This document shows, in pieces, positions 17,666 to 28,947 of a DNA stretch of 64,000 bases. The stretch spans positions 1 to 64,000 of the IMG/VR virus record IMGVR_UViG_3300008110_004617. One strand, 5' to 3'. The notes beneath the pieces are model-generated. The model was not told where the DNA came from, did not search any database, and was given only the letters and a program-made list of their open reading frames with translations. Both the position numbers and the translations under genes were made by a program. This DNA is from a virus. Lineage: Duplodnaviria > Caudoviricetes. Each line of letters begins with the position of its first letter. Positions within the stretch are counted from its first letter, which is position 1.

Positions 17666-19450
17666 ATGGCTACGAAACCAATCAATGAGCTCGATTTCGC
17701 AGCGGTTAAGGATCAATTTATAGAATTCCTTAAGACTCAGACTCAATTTAAAGATTACAACTTTGCGGGTTCGAATATGAACGTTCTTTTGGATGTTCTA
17801 GCGTATAATACCCATATGAATAACTTTTATACGAACATGGCGATTAACGAGATGTTTTTGGACTCTGCAGTTCTTAAGAACTCAGTCGTATCTCATGCGA
17901 AAGAACTAAACTATCTGCCAAGATCACGATCATCTGCTAAAGCGGTTGTAAATCTGAGCATTATTGATTCTACAACGCAATCTCAAACTATTTCTATTCC
18001 AAGGTTTACGGAATTTGTGACTACGTTGCAAGGAAGTTCATACACGTTCTTAACAAACCAATCATACATCGCAAAAAGAACTACTGGAAATACTTTTGTT
18101 GCAACAAACGTAGAGATATTCGAAGGTGAAATTCTTACGCAGTTTGAAAAAGACGGTTTCTTTCTTGACGAAGAAACTTTTCTGAGATGTAATCTCACGA
18201 ACAACAATATAGACATTAGTTCAATTGAAGTGTTTGTAGATGAAGTAGCTACTGAAGGCCTCAATCAATTCGTGTACACTCCAGACATATTTGGTGTAAC
18301 TCCAACTAGTAAAGTATTTTACTTAGATGCAAATTTTGATGATACCTATTCGATTTATTTTGGAAGAGATGTCTATGGAGAGCAGCCTAAAAAGGATATT
18401 GACGTAAAAGTTCAGTATCGCTCATGTAACGGGACAGAGGCAAACGGCGCAAGCAGATTTTCAACTACGTTTAAGCCAAACGTAACAGTCTCAACTGTTG
18501 CAGTTGCTAGCGGTGGCGCCGAAAGAGAAAATCTTGAAAGCATTAAGTTTTTTGCACCCAAGTCTATTCAAATACAAGATAGGGCCGTGACAGCAAACGA
18601 TTATGCTATCCTATTAAGACAGCGGTTTCCAGAAATACAATCAGTTTCCGTGTACGGCGGAGACGAGTTGGATCCTCCACAATACGGTAGAGTCGCAATC
18701 ACAGTCAATTTACAGGGAGAAGGAATTCTTTCTGATACGAGTAAGAGTGAATACATAAGATATATTTCTGATAAGAGTCCTCTTACGATTGAACCAATTT
18801 TCATTGACCCAGAATTCCTCTATGTTGAAACAATAATCGACATAACATATTCAAAGAAGTTTACGACCAAGTCTACACAGGAACTAGAATCTCTCATAAG
18901 AAATAGAGTACTATCTTATAACTCCACAAACTTAGATGATTTTGGTGAGACTCTTAGATTGTCAAGGCTTGCCGCAATCATTGACGACATTGATGATGGT
19001 ATTTTAAGTAACTCTCTATGTCTAAACCCGATTATCGAGTACGCACCGGTTCTTAATCTTACGCTAAATCCAAAGTTTAGATTTGATACGCCCCTAGTTA
19101 AACCGTACCCTTATCGTGCTGCGACCGGATTCGCAGACTTTAAACCCTCTATAGTTAGTACTTCGTTTACGTATAAGGGAATTAAGTCAAAACTTCAAGA
19201 TAACGGTGATGGTAGCATGCAAGTAGTAAGTGCTAGTTCTATAAACACTGAAATACTAAATCCATCAGTTGGTACTGTTGATTATTCAACTGGCCTCGTT
19301 TCTCTCGTGAACTTTGTCGTAGAAGGTTTTTCTGGAAACGCAATTAAAATATACGCAGCCTCGGTGTCTGCGGATGTAAAGTCCCCTAAGAGTCGTATCC
19401 TTACGATAAGAGATGAAGATATTGTCATCAATTTCATAGAGTCCAAGTAA
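17666..19450 (+). CDS. gp6: baseplate wedge subunit
   Basis: 'LDF..VK.....FLK.Q..FKDYNF.GS...LLDVLAYNTH...SVVSHAK.L.Y.PRS', 'QDRAVTANDY'. Confidence 0.93.
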   Translation: MATKPINELDFAAVKDQFIEFLKTQTQFKDYNFAGSNMNVLLDVLAYNTHMNNFYTNMAINEMFLDSAVLKNSVVSHAKELNYLPRSRSSAKAVVNLSIIDSTTQSQTISIPRFTEFVTTLQGSSYTFLTNQSYIAKRTTGNTFVATNVEIFEGEILTQFEKDGFFLDEETFLRCNLTNNNIDISSIEVFVDEVATEGLNQFVYTPDIFGVTPTSKVFYLDANFDDTYSIYFGRDVYGEQPKKDIDVKVQYRSCNGTEANGASRFSTTFKPNVTVSTVAVASGGAERENLESIKFFAPKSIQIQDRAVTANDYAILLRQRFPEIQSVSVYGGDELDPPQYGRVAITVNLQGEGILSDTSKSEYIRYISDKSPLTIEPIFIDPEFLYVETIIDITYSKKFTTKSTQELESLIRNRVLSYNSTNLDDFGETLRLSRLAAIIDDIDDGILSNSLCLNPIIEYAPVLNLTLNPKFRFDTPLVKPYPYRAATGFADFKPSIVSTSFTYKGIKSKLQDNGDGSMQVVSASSINTEILNPSVGTVDYSTGLVSLVNFVVEGFSGNAIKIYAASVSADVKSPKSRILTIRDEDIVINFIESK

Positions 19451-21600
19451 TGTCAATAGATAAGCTAATATCCTTTCACATAGAAAGACAGTTTCCGGCG
19501 ATATATCGTGAGGAGGGAGCTGAGCTAATTCAATTTGTAAAAGAATATTATAAATTTTTAGAAACAGAAGATAACCAGTCCATCTACAACAGTAGAAGAA
19601 TATTTGAGTATCGTGATATTGATACAACTTTAGATCGGTTCGTCATATTTTTTAAAAATAAGTATCTTTCCGATCTTCCGTTTAATGATAATACTGTTCG
19701 CATAGTAATTAAGAACATTCTTGGCTTATATCGTAGAAAAGGATCGAAGAACGGATTAGAATTATTCTTTCGACTCTTTTACAATGAAGCTATTAAAGTA
19801 TATAACCCATCAAGAGATGTCTTTAAGCCGTCGGATTCCATATGGAGAAGCGGAAGATATCTACAGATGGTACCAAACGACGGGTTATTCTCTTCTCCGC
19901 GAGCACCAGGAAAGACTTACACTTATATAGATATAATTGGAAAAAAGATTACTGGCGGTGCTTCAAAAACAAAAGCAACCGTAGATAAGATTAACTTCAT
20001 ACTTATCAATAATACGTTCATACCGATCATTTTTATAAATGATAGCACCGCGGACTTTTTGAATCTGGAAAACATATTTTGTGAATTAGATGGCGTGCCA
20101 ATTAGTTTTGGAATTATTAACGGGTCATTAACAGCCGTAGACGTTGATACTAACTTCAGAGGAACGTTAAATAACCAAGTAGGTGATTTAGTTACATTTA
20201 GAACAGTCCCAGATGGAATTGGCGCGTACGGAACCGTCACGGAAGTATCTGAAAATTTCACTGGTATTATAGAGTACAACATTCTTGATGGTGGATGGGG
20301 TTATTCTATTGATTCAACAAAACTACTCGTTTCAAACCAAATACTCTTCTTAGATAATATCGGCGGAAAATTCAATATACTTGAAGCACTGGAAGATACT
20401 GCCGGAAACAGAGGTATAGTCATAGGACAAGACAATATATCTGTTGGTGTAAAAATGGATGCTGGTGACGAATTTTCAAACAACGCCACTATCTCCACGG
20501 TGGATAGAGTTGTAAACGTTAATATATCAGCCCTTTCTCCAGGTACTGAGATTAGAATTGTTGGTAAGAATGATACTTCTCCTGGACAGCTTTACCCGGA
20601 CACAGCAAACACTGCTGACGTAATTTTGGCAGAAATAACAAATGAAGAAACCGTTTCTTTAATCTTTGATATCATAGGTGATTATGTAGGAGTTTCTCTT
20701 AATGCTGCAAACTATAATTCTCCGCCGGCCGCGCAGCCGATGTCGGGTGGGACGAATCCTGTAACTATAAACACCGTGCTATCATCCGCGTTTGACTTAT
20801 TACCAGTTGAATTAGGAACTATTGTTAGATTTGATAACGTAAATCCTGGTGACAGTTATGTGAACGATGTGTTTGCAATTGCGTATGATACTCGAGTCAC
20901 GCTATTTACAAAGAAGAAACAGTTAGTAACTCTAGAAAACATACCAGCTACTTTAAATGTTGGAAGTGAGATAGCCCAAGGTTTAATAAGAGGAAAGGTT
21001 ATTGCTATACAAGATAGCACATTAACCGTAAGACCTTATTCATATACTGGGTTTAACGCGTCTACTTACATAACCTTTGGCGGGGCAAATTGGAACGTTG
21101 TTTCTGTTTCTCAAGATTTTTCTTCAAGCGAAATATCTGGGTTTAACGCAAATATCGATGCGGTAACATCGTTTGGTGTTGGTAGAATACGAAAAGTGTC
21201 TGTTATAGATTCTGGTTATGGTTATGGAGACAATAGAACCGCAGAAATAATTGATAAAAACGGGAATGTTGCTACCGTGGGAACAACTTCTGTTAGTGGG
21301 CAAGGTTCTTCTGGCGGGTTCTGGTCTTCTGTCAATTCGCACCTAAACGGTTATACAAAGACAATAATAGGCGACGGTGTTGATAAATATTACGACTCAG
21401 GAAAGAGAGTCCATGACAATAGATACTATCAAGAATATTCTTATGAAATTCAATCCAAGATTGATATAAGAGAATACGAAGAGCCTCTAAAACAAGTAAC
21501 TCACGTCGCGGGAACAAAAGTATTTGGGCGATTTAATCTTGAAGAGATGGTAGAGTCAAACGTTAATATTAGTAATGCGACTATAGCCCAGCCAGAATAA
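19450..21600 (+). CDS. gp7: baseplate wedge initiator
   Basis: 'QFP.IYREE...F.KEYY.FLE', 'LYRRKGS...LFFRL', C-terminal 'HDN.YYQEYSYEI.S....HVAGTK.FG'; lies between gp6 and gp8. Confidence 0.8.
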   Translation: MSIDKLISFHIERQFPAIYREEGAELIQFVKEYYKFLETEDNQSIYNSRRIFEYRDIDTTLDRFVIFFKNKYLSDLPFNDNTVRIVIKNILGLYRRKGSKNGLELFFRLFYNEAIKVYNPSRDVFKPSDSIWRSGRYLQMVPNDGLFSSPRAPGKTYTYIDIIGKKITGGASKTKATVDKINFILINNTFIPIIFINDSTADFLNLENIFCELDGVPISFGIINGSLTAVDVDTNFRGTLNNQVGDLVTFRTVPDGIGAYGTVTEVSENFTGIIEYNILDGGWGYSIDSTKLLVSNQILFLDNIGGKFNILEALEDTAGNRGIVIGQDNISVGVKMDAGDEFSNNATISTVDRVVNVNISALSPGTEIRIVGKNDTSPGQLYPDTANTADVILAEITNEETVSLIFDIIGDYVGVSLNAANYNSPPAAQPMSGGTNPVTINTVLSSAFDLLPVELGTIVRFDNVNPGDSYVNDVFAIAYDTRVTLFTKKKQLVTLENIPATLNVGSEIAQGLIRGKVIAIQDSTLTVRPYSYTGFNASTYITFGGANWNVVSVSQDFSSSEISGFNANIDAVTSFGVGRIRKVSVIDSGYGYGDNRTAEIIDKNGNVATVGTTSVSGQGSSGGFWSSVNSHLNGYTKTIIGDGVDKYYDSGKRVHDNRYYQEYSYEIQSKIDIREYEEPLKQVTHVAGTKVFGRFNLEEMVESNVNISNATIAQPE

Positions 21601-21651
21601 ATAGAATAAATAAAAGCAAAATGCAGGGCGCAAGCCAAGTAGAGGTTATAT

Positions 21652-23322
21652 ATGACACGAACAGTTGCAACGAGCAATTATAGATCTGGCTTGACTCGTC
21701 TATTTGTCGAGGATATAGGATTTAACAGTTACTATCTTTTTGCGTCAAAGACCTCAAACACGTCTGTCATTAATTCAAATACAAGTAAGCTAAACTTTTT
21801 AGAAAATACTCTTTTTGGAAAGAGAATTAATTCTGAAGAAGTTTTTTATATGATAAGAAACTATCCATGGCTTTCTGATACTACATACGACCAATATGAC
21901 GACTCAATTGATATTAGTAAAAAGATGTACTATGCTGTAGTATACCCGGAAAACAATCAAACTGGCGACTATCGTATATACAAGTGCCTGTTTAATAACT
22001 ACGGAGCAAGATCTATAAATCCGCCAAACTACAGTCTTTCTACGGCAGATCAGATCTATATTATGCCAGACGGATATGTATGGAAATTTATGTACAGCTT
22101 AAGTGAAATAGAATTTGAAAAATATAATAACTTAGGATACATTCCTATTATAAATGAAGCGAATTCTAATACAGTCGTGTCTGATACCAGTTCTGTAGAT
22201 CAAATATTTGTTACAAACGCCAATACGAACAAAGGATACGAAAAAGTCCAAGGGAGTATATTCGAGATTAACTCAGTCACCGGCGAAATAGTTATTAGCG
22301 AAACCGTTGTTAATAGCTTAAGTGCAGTTGGAAACTATTATGCTGGATATACATTTTATGTAACAAATAATATCCCGAATTCAAGAGCGTACAGAGTATC
22401 TTCTTATGCATACAATCCTACAACCAAAAGAGCAACGATAAAATTAGATGAAGGTGTTCCAAACGATGGTGTGTTGGTAACAACCTCTTCATATAGTCTA
22501 CTCCCACGAATTGATATAAGAGGCGATGGTTCTGGCGCAGTTGCGATTGCAAATGTTTCAAATCTTGGCGCAATAGAAACAGTCAGGGTTTTAAATAAAG
22601 GTTCTGGTTACACAAATGCAACCGCTACTGTGCCGGATCCGTTTGCATTTGATCCGGTTGCTTTTGGTTCGTTGAACGAAAGAGCAATCTTAAGACAAGT
22701 GCTGTCGCCACCTGGTGGGCATGCTTCAAACTTGGTTGACGAGCTTTCTTGCCGTCATGCTTTAGTTTATGTAGATATAACGGATTTTGATAATACTATC
22801 ATTTCTTCAACTAACAAATTTGCAAGTATTGGGATAGTAAAAAATCCAGAATTTAAGACCATACAACCTAGTATATTTGATAACAGAATCGAACTAGCTC
22901 TAGATTCTCATTTGTTATCTGCAGACGAAATAGTTACCCAGATTGAAACGGCAGATACTACGAGCGAGTTTTATAACGAAGTTCGTTTTCGCGGAAAAGT
23001 TCATAATGTTTCGAATAACTTTATTTACTTGTGTGAATACATGGGTTCATTTCCTAATGACATTGGTACTTATGCAAACACTGACTTTAGTGATATATCT
23101 CTAAAAGTTAATCTTCCTCTGCTATCTCCACAGAACGAAGTTCTAGTGATAAATATCGATAACAATCCAGCGTATCCTATTGATTACGGTGTGAATTACC
23201 CTGGTTTTAGATTATCTCCATATGTACAAAGATCCGGAGAAGTTTACTATATGAGCAGCTTCGAACCAATTACTAGAACAGAAGAGTCAAGTGAACGATT
23301 CAAAATACTTCTTGAGTTTTAA
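21652..23322 (+). CDS. gp8: baseplate wedge subunit
   Basis: 'W....YDQYDD', 'YRIYKCLFNN', 'DGYVWKFMY', 'I.GDG.GA', 'SPPGGH', C-terminal 'R......E.FKILLEF'. Confidence 0.85.
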   Translation: MTRTVATSNYRSGLTRLFVEDIGFNSYYLFASKTSNTSVINSNTSKLNFLENTLFGKRINSEEVFYMIRNYPWLSDTTYDQYDDSIDISKKMYYAVVYPENNQTGDYRIYKCLFNNYGARSINPPNYSLSTADQIYIMPDGYVWKFMYSLSEIEFEKYNNLGYIPIINEANSNTVVSDTSSVDQIFVTNANTNKGYEKVQGSIFEINSVTGEIVISETVVNSLSAVGNYYAGYTFYVTNNIPNSRAYRVSSYAYNPTTKRATIKLDEGVPNDGVLVTTSSYSLLPRIDIRGDGSGAVAIANVSNLGAIETVRVLNKGSGYTNATATVPDPFAFDPVAFGSLNERAILRQVLSPPGGHASNLVDELSCRHALVYVDITDFDNTIISSTNKFASIGIVKNPEFKTIQPSIFDNRIELALDSHLLSADEIVTQIETADTTSEFYNEVRFRGKVHNVSNNFIYLCEYMGSFPNDIGTYANTDFSDISLKVNLPLLSPQNEVLVINIDNNPAYPIDYGVNYPGFRLSPYVQRSGEVYYMSSFEPITRTEESSERFKILLEF

Positions 23323-23332
23323 GGAAACATAA

Positions 23333-26300
23333 ATGCCGATTAATAAAGACCTTAACGTTGCACCATACTTCGATGATTTTGATCTTACGAAGCAGTTTCA
23401 TAGAATTCTGTTCAAGCCTGCATTTGCTGTGCAAGCAAGAGAACTAACTCAACTACAAACGATTTTTCAGAATCAGATAGAACAGTTCGGTGATAATATC
23501 TTTAAAGAAGGATCTATCATCAAAGGTTGTAACTTTACTGAGCTGAAAGACCTAAACTACGTCAAGGTGACCGATAAAGTTGGTTTTGATCCAACTAATT
23601 ATGTTGGCTTTAATGACACCGTAGAAATTGGAGCGACCGAATACGATCGAGACAATTCATTCGAACTCAGAGGTGCGGTATCTGGAGTCACGGCAAGAGT
23701 CATAGCCGGTTCTCGTGGCTTTGAAACGAGAAACCCAGATTTGAACACGTTCTATATAAACTATACATCAACATCATCCGGAAATAAAGTATTCCAGCCC
23801 GGCGAACTTATTAGAATTTTTAAGATAAGCATTGTCGAGATTGGAACTAGTATTAACAGAACTGAAGAAGAAGTAGCGACAATAAACGTCACAACGTTTT
23901 CCGGCGCAGTTGGTAACTCATTTGGTTTAAGATCAGCCCCAGGCATTCTTTTCCAGAAAGGTCACTTTCTATACGCAGAAGAGCAACTCGTCGTAATATC
24001 AAAGTACACTGGTATCCCAGACAATGTTTCCGTTGGATATACTATTGAAGAACGCATAGTGAACTCGTTCCAAGACTCTTCTCTTTTTGATAACGCAAAT
24101 GGATCGACGAACCAAAACGCGCCTGGAGCAGACAGGCTTAAACTTATACCAGTTCTTACAGTTCTTCCTACAAACGTAGCCGACTCCGACACTGCATTTT
24201 TTACTCTTACTCGCTATACGAACGGTAGTCCTATTCTTCTTAGAGACGTATCTCAGTATAACGCGCTAGGTGAAGAAATGGCACGTCGCACATATGAAGA
24301 ATCTGGCGACTACATAGTAAGAGACTTTAATACGAAAGTTATAAGAAGAGACGGAGCGCTAAAGGCTAGTGTTAGCAGCGGCCTAGCATATATAAAGGGT
24401 TATCGTGTTGAAAGCTTAGGAGAAGTAATTCTTAACATAGATGATATTTCAAATACTGCTATTGACCAAAGAACAAACCAAGCGGTATCATTTGATTATG
24501 GTGGTTACTTAAATCTTCTTAGTACTGCATCTTCTGGAGAAGTAACTCTAGGAGACTTCTCAACAGTATCTTTAAGAAACACGTCAAACGCTGCAGCTGG
24601 AACTGCTAGAGTTCGCAACGTAACTAATGACAAGGTGTTCCTGTTTGATATTCGTCTAACTGGTGGAAATAAAATCACTGACATTGAAAGAATACAGGGA
24701 ACGAGTGGGCAATTACGAGTTTCGAATAATTCTGTAATTCAGCAAGCAAGTCAAACATCTATGATATTTGACACCGGCATGACAAGCTTGAAATCTACAA
24801 GCAATATATCGCTGCCTGTAAGAACATCTAGATCATTAACTGGGCAATCAGGAACTTCTATAATTTTATCTCCTGGTATTGGAGAAGATTTCAATTTAGA
24901 CAATGATGATATACTATATGTAGACGATAATAATCTTAAGATAAATGTGCTTAGCACAATTATTTCCGGCGGTAATCTCGTGTTAACACTTGCTAGCAGC
25001 ACAACGGCGGCCGCTACAGTTTATTTTAATAAGAGAATCGTGAGTGCTACTCCTTTCACAAAAGTTTCTACGGATCTTTTTGTAAAATGTACTTTCGCAA
25101 ACACCGATATAAATGATTCTTCAAAGTTTAATCTTGGGTTCCCAGATGTTTACGAGATATCGTCGATTGTAGATTCGTTAAATAATAACGTGACTGACAG
25201 CTTTAGATTAAGAACAAACCAAAAAGATAACTATTACGATCACTCTTACATAGAATTTATACCAGGAAGACCCGCTCCTTCTTCTGGCCTAATGACTGTT
25301 AGCATGAAAGCATTTAAATTAAATGATACTGGAGGACAATACTTCTTCACCGTAAATAGCTACGTTGGATCAGGAGTTCCTAATAATAAGGTTCAGATAT
25401 TTAAAACGAGTGGCGGCAAAACTTTCAATCCGCGTGATTGTATAGATTTTAGACCATATGTTGATCCAAAGAGTGGCGCAAACTACACAAATGCGGCGTT
25501 AATAGGAACGGCACCAACCGTTAGTAGCTCTACAACCGGTGTAAATCTTGCACCAGTATTTACTCTGCCAGGCGGTCGTGAAATACTTACTCCAGCATTT
25601 AGGCAGTTTGCTGAAATTGATTACGAATACTATCTAAATAGAATCGACGCAGTGACTGTAGATTCTTACGGTAAGATAGAAGTAGTAAAGGGAACCGAAG
25701 CCGAAATTGCGGTAGTGCCAAATATAACCGGCGATCATATAAAGATATCGGAAATATACATTCCAGGTATACCTGCTTTAACGCCAGACGAGGCGGCAGC
25801 TCAAAATCAACTCAAGTATTCAGTTAAGTTGACCCCTAAGGGAACTCACAGATATAAGATGAAAGATATTGAGAATATCGAAAAGAAACTTGATAATCTA
25901 GGATATTATGTTCTTTTATCAGCTCTTGAGGCCGATACTCAAAACTTAAATATAACAGACGAGAACGGGCTGTCCAGATTTAAAAATGGTATCGTAGTAG
26001 ATCCATTTAATGACCTTAGTATCGCAAATCTTGAGAACACCGAGTTTAATGCTGCTTTAGACTTTACAGAAAAGTCTCTTATGCCAGCCGTTAAGACATA
26101 TCCGTTGAACCTTAGGTACAATTCATCTTCGTCTGCTTCTTTATTCCCGTCAACATCAGACGCAAAAGTAGCAACACTTCAGAGAAATACAGACGTTGCA
26201 GTTCTTTCGCAACCGTACGCAACGGAATTTAGAAACTGCGTCAGTAATTTTTATAGTTATCTTGGTCAAGGCATACTCAAACCGGAATACGATTCTGCAT

Positions 26301-28771
26301 ATGATACAGTTACAAATCCAGTCAATATAGATATTGATCTAGTAACTCCGTTCCAACAGTTCACAGACGCACTTCAAGAATTTATACCTCTTACGTCAAC
26401 AAACAGCACTATCATTGGCAGCACCCTGATAGATCCAGGAAGACGAAGTGTTATAGGTAGAAGAGGAACTGGGGCTACTTGGGAAGATAGGTGGGAAGAC
26501 ACGACTAGAACCGTCAGTCCTACTGGTGTGCAGGTAATCGAACAGTCAGTTGGTGATTTTGTTACAAACTTTAGCTTTAATCCTTACATGCGTTCCAGAG
26601 CAGTTAGAGTGTATATGGCCGGGCTTCGTCCAAATACCATTCATTACTTCTTCTTTGATAAAGTTGATGTAAATCAATATATCATTCCTGGGAATAGGGT
26701 CGATAATGTAGATACAATACGTAGATTCGGTTCTGCTGGAGATACAGTAACTTCTGATGAAAACGGTGTGGTTCGCGCAATATTCTTACTGCCACCAAAG
26801 ACATTCTTTGTAGGGGATAGAAAGTTAGAAGTAGTTGATGTAGATCAATACGAGTCAATCGAAAGTAGCTCTACATCATATGGTGAAGTAACATACAGAG
26901 CATATAACTTCTCTGTTGAAAAATCTTCGCTTACAGTCTCAACTAGAACTCCTCAATCATTTATAAGTGAAACTACCACTGATAGAACATCTATAAGAAG
27001 AGCTCTACCTCCACCTCCTATTCCTGATCCACCATCGCCAACACCTCCAACTAGACCACCTGCGGTGAGAGGCCGAGGAAAAGATCCTATTGCACAGACA
27101 TTCTTCGTAAAAAGCGGCATGGGTCTTGGATCAAACTCGATATTTGTTTCAAAACTAGATCTTTTCTTTAAGAGAAAGAGCGTCATAAACGGCGTGAATG
27201 TTGAAATACGAGAAGTCATAAACGGTTACCCATCATATACTGTGCTTCCGTTCTCAAGGGTGCATTTAACACCGTCGCAAGTTCTAACTTCAGACGATGC
27301 GTCTGTTGTTACTACCGTAACATTCGAGACTCCTGTAAGACTTGACGTTGAAAAGGAATACGCGTTTGTAGTGTTACCAGATGCTTCAGATCCAGACTAT
27401 CTTATATTCACATCTAAAGTTGGCGGTGTTAACCTAACACCTGGCTCAAACCAAGGACTACCGGTTGTTCAAGACTGGGGTGACGGGGTTCTGTTTACCT
27501 CTACAAACGGAACTGCTTGGTATTCATATCAAGATGAAGATATTAAGTTTGCCCTATATCGTCATAACTTTAATGCTAGTACAGGATCGGTCACTCTTGT
27601 TAATGACGATCACGAGTTCATTAGCTTAAGTTCTACATCGGGTGTCTTTAATACTGGCGAACAAGTATACACCATAGAGTCAAGAGACGGTTCTACTTCA
27701 AACACGGTAGGTGTAACTAGCGGAAATAACTTTATCACTGGTACAAATCTATCAGCCACGTACTCAAGTGGGGATTATATACTCTTAAACGACGGCGTTT
27801 CAAATAAACAGATCTTCAGAGTTAACAGTTCAAACTCTACAGTTATCGTTGCCGATAGTCCGGCATCATTCACAGATAGCCTTGACGCGGTTCCAATTAC
27901 TCTTGGAACTCTAGTTCATTACAATTCCAAGTATCCGGACTTCATAATTCTTGAGGGATCCACCGCAACATCTACAAGAAAGTTTACGTCAAGTGATACG
28001 ATCTATGGATTTGATAGTGAAGCTGAAGCTACTGTGTTAAGTATAGATGACGTTAACTTTAGTTACTTGCAACCTTCTATTACAAGAACAAACAATAGTG
28101 TGACTAGAACAACTCTCAGTGGAACTTTCGTAGACCCAGCGGTTACTACAAATACATATACTAAAGATACGCCATTCAATGATAAGACTGTATTTACTGA
28201 AAAAGGAATGGTCGTATTTAGTAAATCAAATGATATAACAAGAGCAAAGGGTCTTTATTTCACCGTAAACATGTCTAATGGTGAAAATGTAACTTCTACA
28301 CCGTTTATAGACGTAGAGATGGCATCTGTCCTCGCATATCAATACAAGATTACAAATGATCCTGCGACAACTTCAAAATATATATCCAAAACGGTAGAAT
28401 TAGTTGAAAGTCTTGACGCGGAAGATATGCAGATATATGTTACCGCCTATCGTCCAAACGGAACCGATGTTCGAGTGTATATAAAACCACAGGCAGCAGA
28501 AGATCCTAGCGTATTTGAAACTAACAGTTGGATAGAACTAGAATTGACTCAAGGAGTGAATCAGTTCTCATCCGTTAGTAATATAAGAGACTTTAGGGAG
28601 TTTGTGTTTACGGTTCCTAATACTGCAAAAACAAGCGGAGTGCTAACATATACAAACAGCATCTCAACGTTTGAAGGTTACCGCCGTTTTGCGATAAAAA
28701 TAGAACTTCTTTCTGAAGATATTTTTAAAGCGCCTAGGTTGTTGGATTACAGAGGAATAGCACTAACATGA
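23333..28771 (+). CDS. VrlC-like (DUF4815) large virion structural protein
   Basis: 'DLNVAPYFDDFD..K.FHRILFKP..AVQARELTQLQT', 'APGADRLK', 'ARRTYEESGDY', 'RFKNGIVVDPF', 'DPIAQTFFV', C-terminal 'PRL.D.R.IAL'. Confidence 0.85.
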   Translation: MPINKDLNVAPYFDDFDLTKQFHRILFKPAFAVQARELTQLQTIFQNQIEQFGDNIFKEGSIIKGCNFTELKDLNYVKVTDKVGFDPTNYVGFNDTVEIGATEYDRDNSFELRGAVSGVTARVIAGSRGFETRNPDLNTFYINYTSTSSGNKVFQPGELIRIFKISIVEIGTSINRTEEEVATINVTTFSGAVGNSFGLRSAPGILFQKGHFLYAEEQLVVISKYTGIPDNVSVGYTIEERIVNSFQDSSLFDNANGSTNQNAPGADRLKLIPVLTVLPTNVADSDTAFFTLTRYTNGSPILLRDVSQYNALGEEMARRTYEESGDYIVRDFNTKVIRRDGALKASVSSGLAYIKGYRVESLGEVILNIDDISNTAIDQRTNQAVSFDYGGYLNLLSTASSGEVTLGDFSTVSLRNTSNAAAGTARVRNVTNDKVFLFDIRLTGGNKITDIERIQGTSGQLRVSNNSVIQQASQTSMIFDTGMTSLKSTSNISLPVRTSRSLTGQSGTSIILSPGIGEDFNLDNDDILYVDDNNLKINVLSTIISGGNLVLTLASSTTAAATVYFNKRIVSATPFTKVSTDLFVKCTFANTDINDSSKFNLGFPDVYEISSIVDSLNNNVTDSFRLRTNQKDNYYDHSYIEFIPGRPAPSSGLMTVSMKAFKLNDTGGQYFFTVNSYVGSGVPNNKVQIFKTSGGKTFNPRDCIDFRPYVDPKSGANYTNAALIGTAPTVSSSTTGVNLAPVFTLPGGREILTPAFRQFAEIDYEYYLNRIDAVTVDSYGKIEVVKGTEAEIAVVPNITGDHIKISEIYIPGIPALTPDEAAAQNQLKYSVKLTPKGTHRYKMKDIENIEKKLDNLGYYVLLSALEADTQNLNITDENGLSRFKNGIVVDPFNDLSIANLENTEFNAALDFTEKSLMPAVKTYPLNLRYNSSSSASLFPSTSDAKVATLQRNTDVAVLSQPYATEFRNCVSNFYSYLGQGILKPEYDSAYDTVTNPVNIDIDLVTPFQQFTDALQEFIPLTSTNSTIIGSTLIDPGRRSVIGRRGTGATWEDRWEDTTRTVSPTGVQVIEQSVGDFVTNFSFNPYMRSRAVRVYMAGLRPNTIHYFFFDKVDVNQYIIPGNRVDNVDTIRRFGSAGDTVTSDENGVVRAIFLLPPKTFFVGDRKLEVVDVDQYESIESSSTSYGEVTYRAYNFSVEKSSLTVSTRTPQSFISETTTDRTSIRRALPPPPIPDPPSPTPPTRPPAVRGRGKDPIAQTFFVKSGMGLGSNSIFVSKLDLFFKRKSVINGVNVEIREVINGYPSYTVLPFSRVHLTPSQVLTSDDASVVTTVTFETPVRLDVEKEYAFVVLPDASDPDYLIFTSKVGGVNLTPGSNQGLPVVQDWGDGVLFTSTNGTAWYSYQDEDIKFALYRHNFNASTGSVTLVNDDHEFISLSSTSGVFNTGEQVYTIESRDGSTSNTVGVTSGNNFITGTNLSATYSSGDYILLNDGVSNKQIFRVNSSNSTVIVADSPASFTDSLDAVPITLGTLVHYNSKYPDFIILEGSTATSTRKFTSSDTIYGFDSEAEATVLSIDDVNFSYLQPSITRTNNSVTRTTLSGTFVDPAVTTNTYTKDTPFNDKTVFTEKGMVVFSKSNDITRAKGLYFTVNMSNGENVTSTPFIDVEMASVLAYQYKITNDPATTSKYISKTVELVESLDAEDMQIYVTAYRPNGTDVRVYIKPQAAEDPSVFETNSWIELELTQGVNQFSSVSNIRDFREFVFTVPNTAKTSGVLTYTNSISTFEGYRRFAIKIELLSEDIFKAPRLLDYRGIALT

Positions 28772-28944
28772 TTAGAGACAATTCATCAAAAGCGTTAGTC
28801 AATAACGACGTGTCAGCTCTTAATAAATACAAGATAGAAAGAGATAAGCTAAGACAGTACGATCGTCTTTGCCAGGATGTAGTAGCAATAAAAAAGACTC
28901 TCTCTCTTCTCTGTGAGAGACTAGACATAAAAGATGGTATTTAA
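28768..28944 (+). CDS. small coiled-coil hypothetical protein (58 aa, not in the ORF track)
   Basis: Read by hand: MIRDNSSKALVNNDVSALNKYKIERDKLRQYDRLCQDVVAIKKTLSLLCERLDIKDGI; ATGA overlap with the VrlC-like stop. Confidence 0.7.
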   Translation: MIRDNSSKALVNNDVSALNKYKIERDKLRQYDRLCQDVVAIKKTLSLLCERLDIKDGI

Positions 28945-28947
28945 GAA

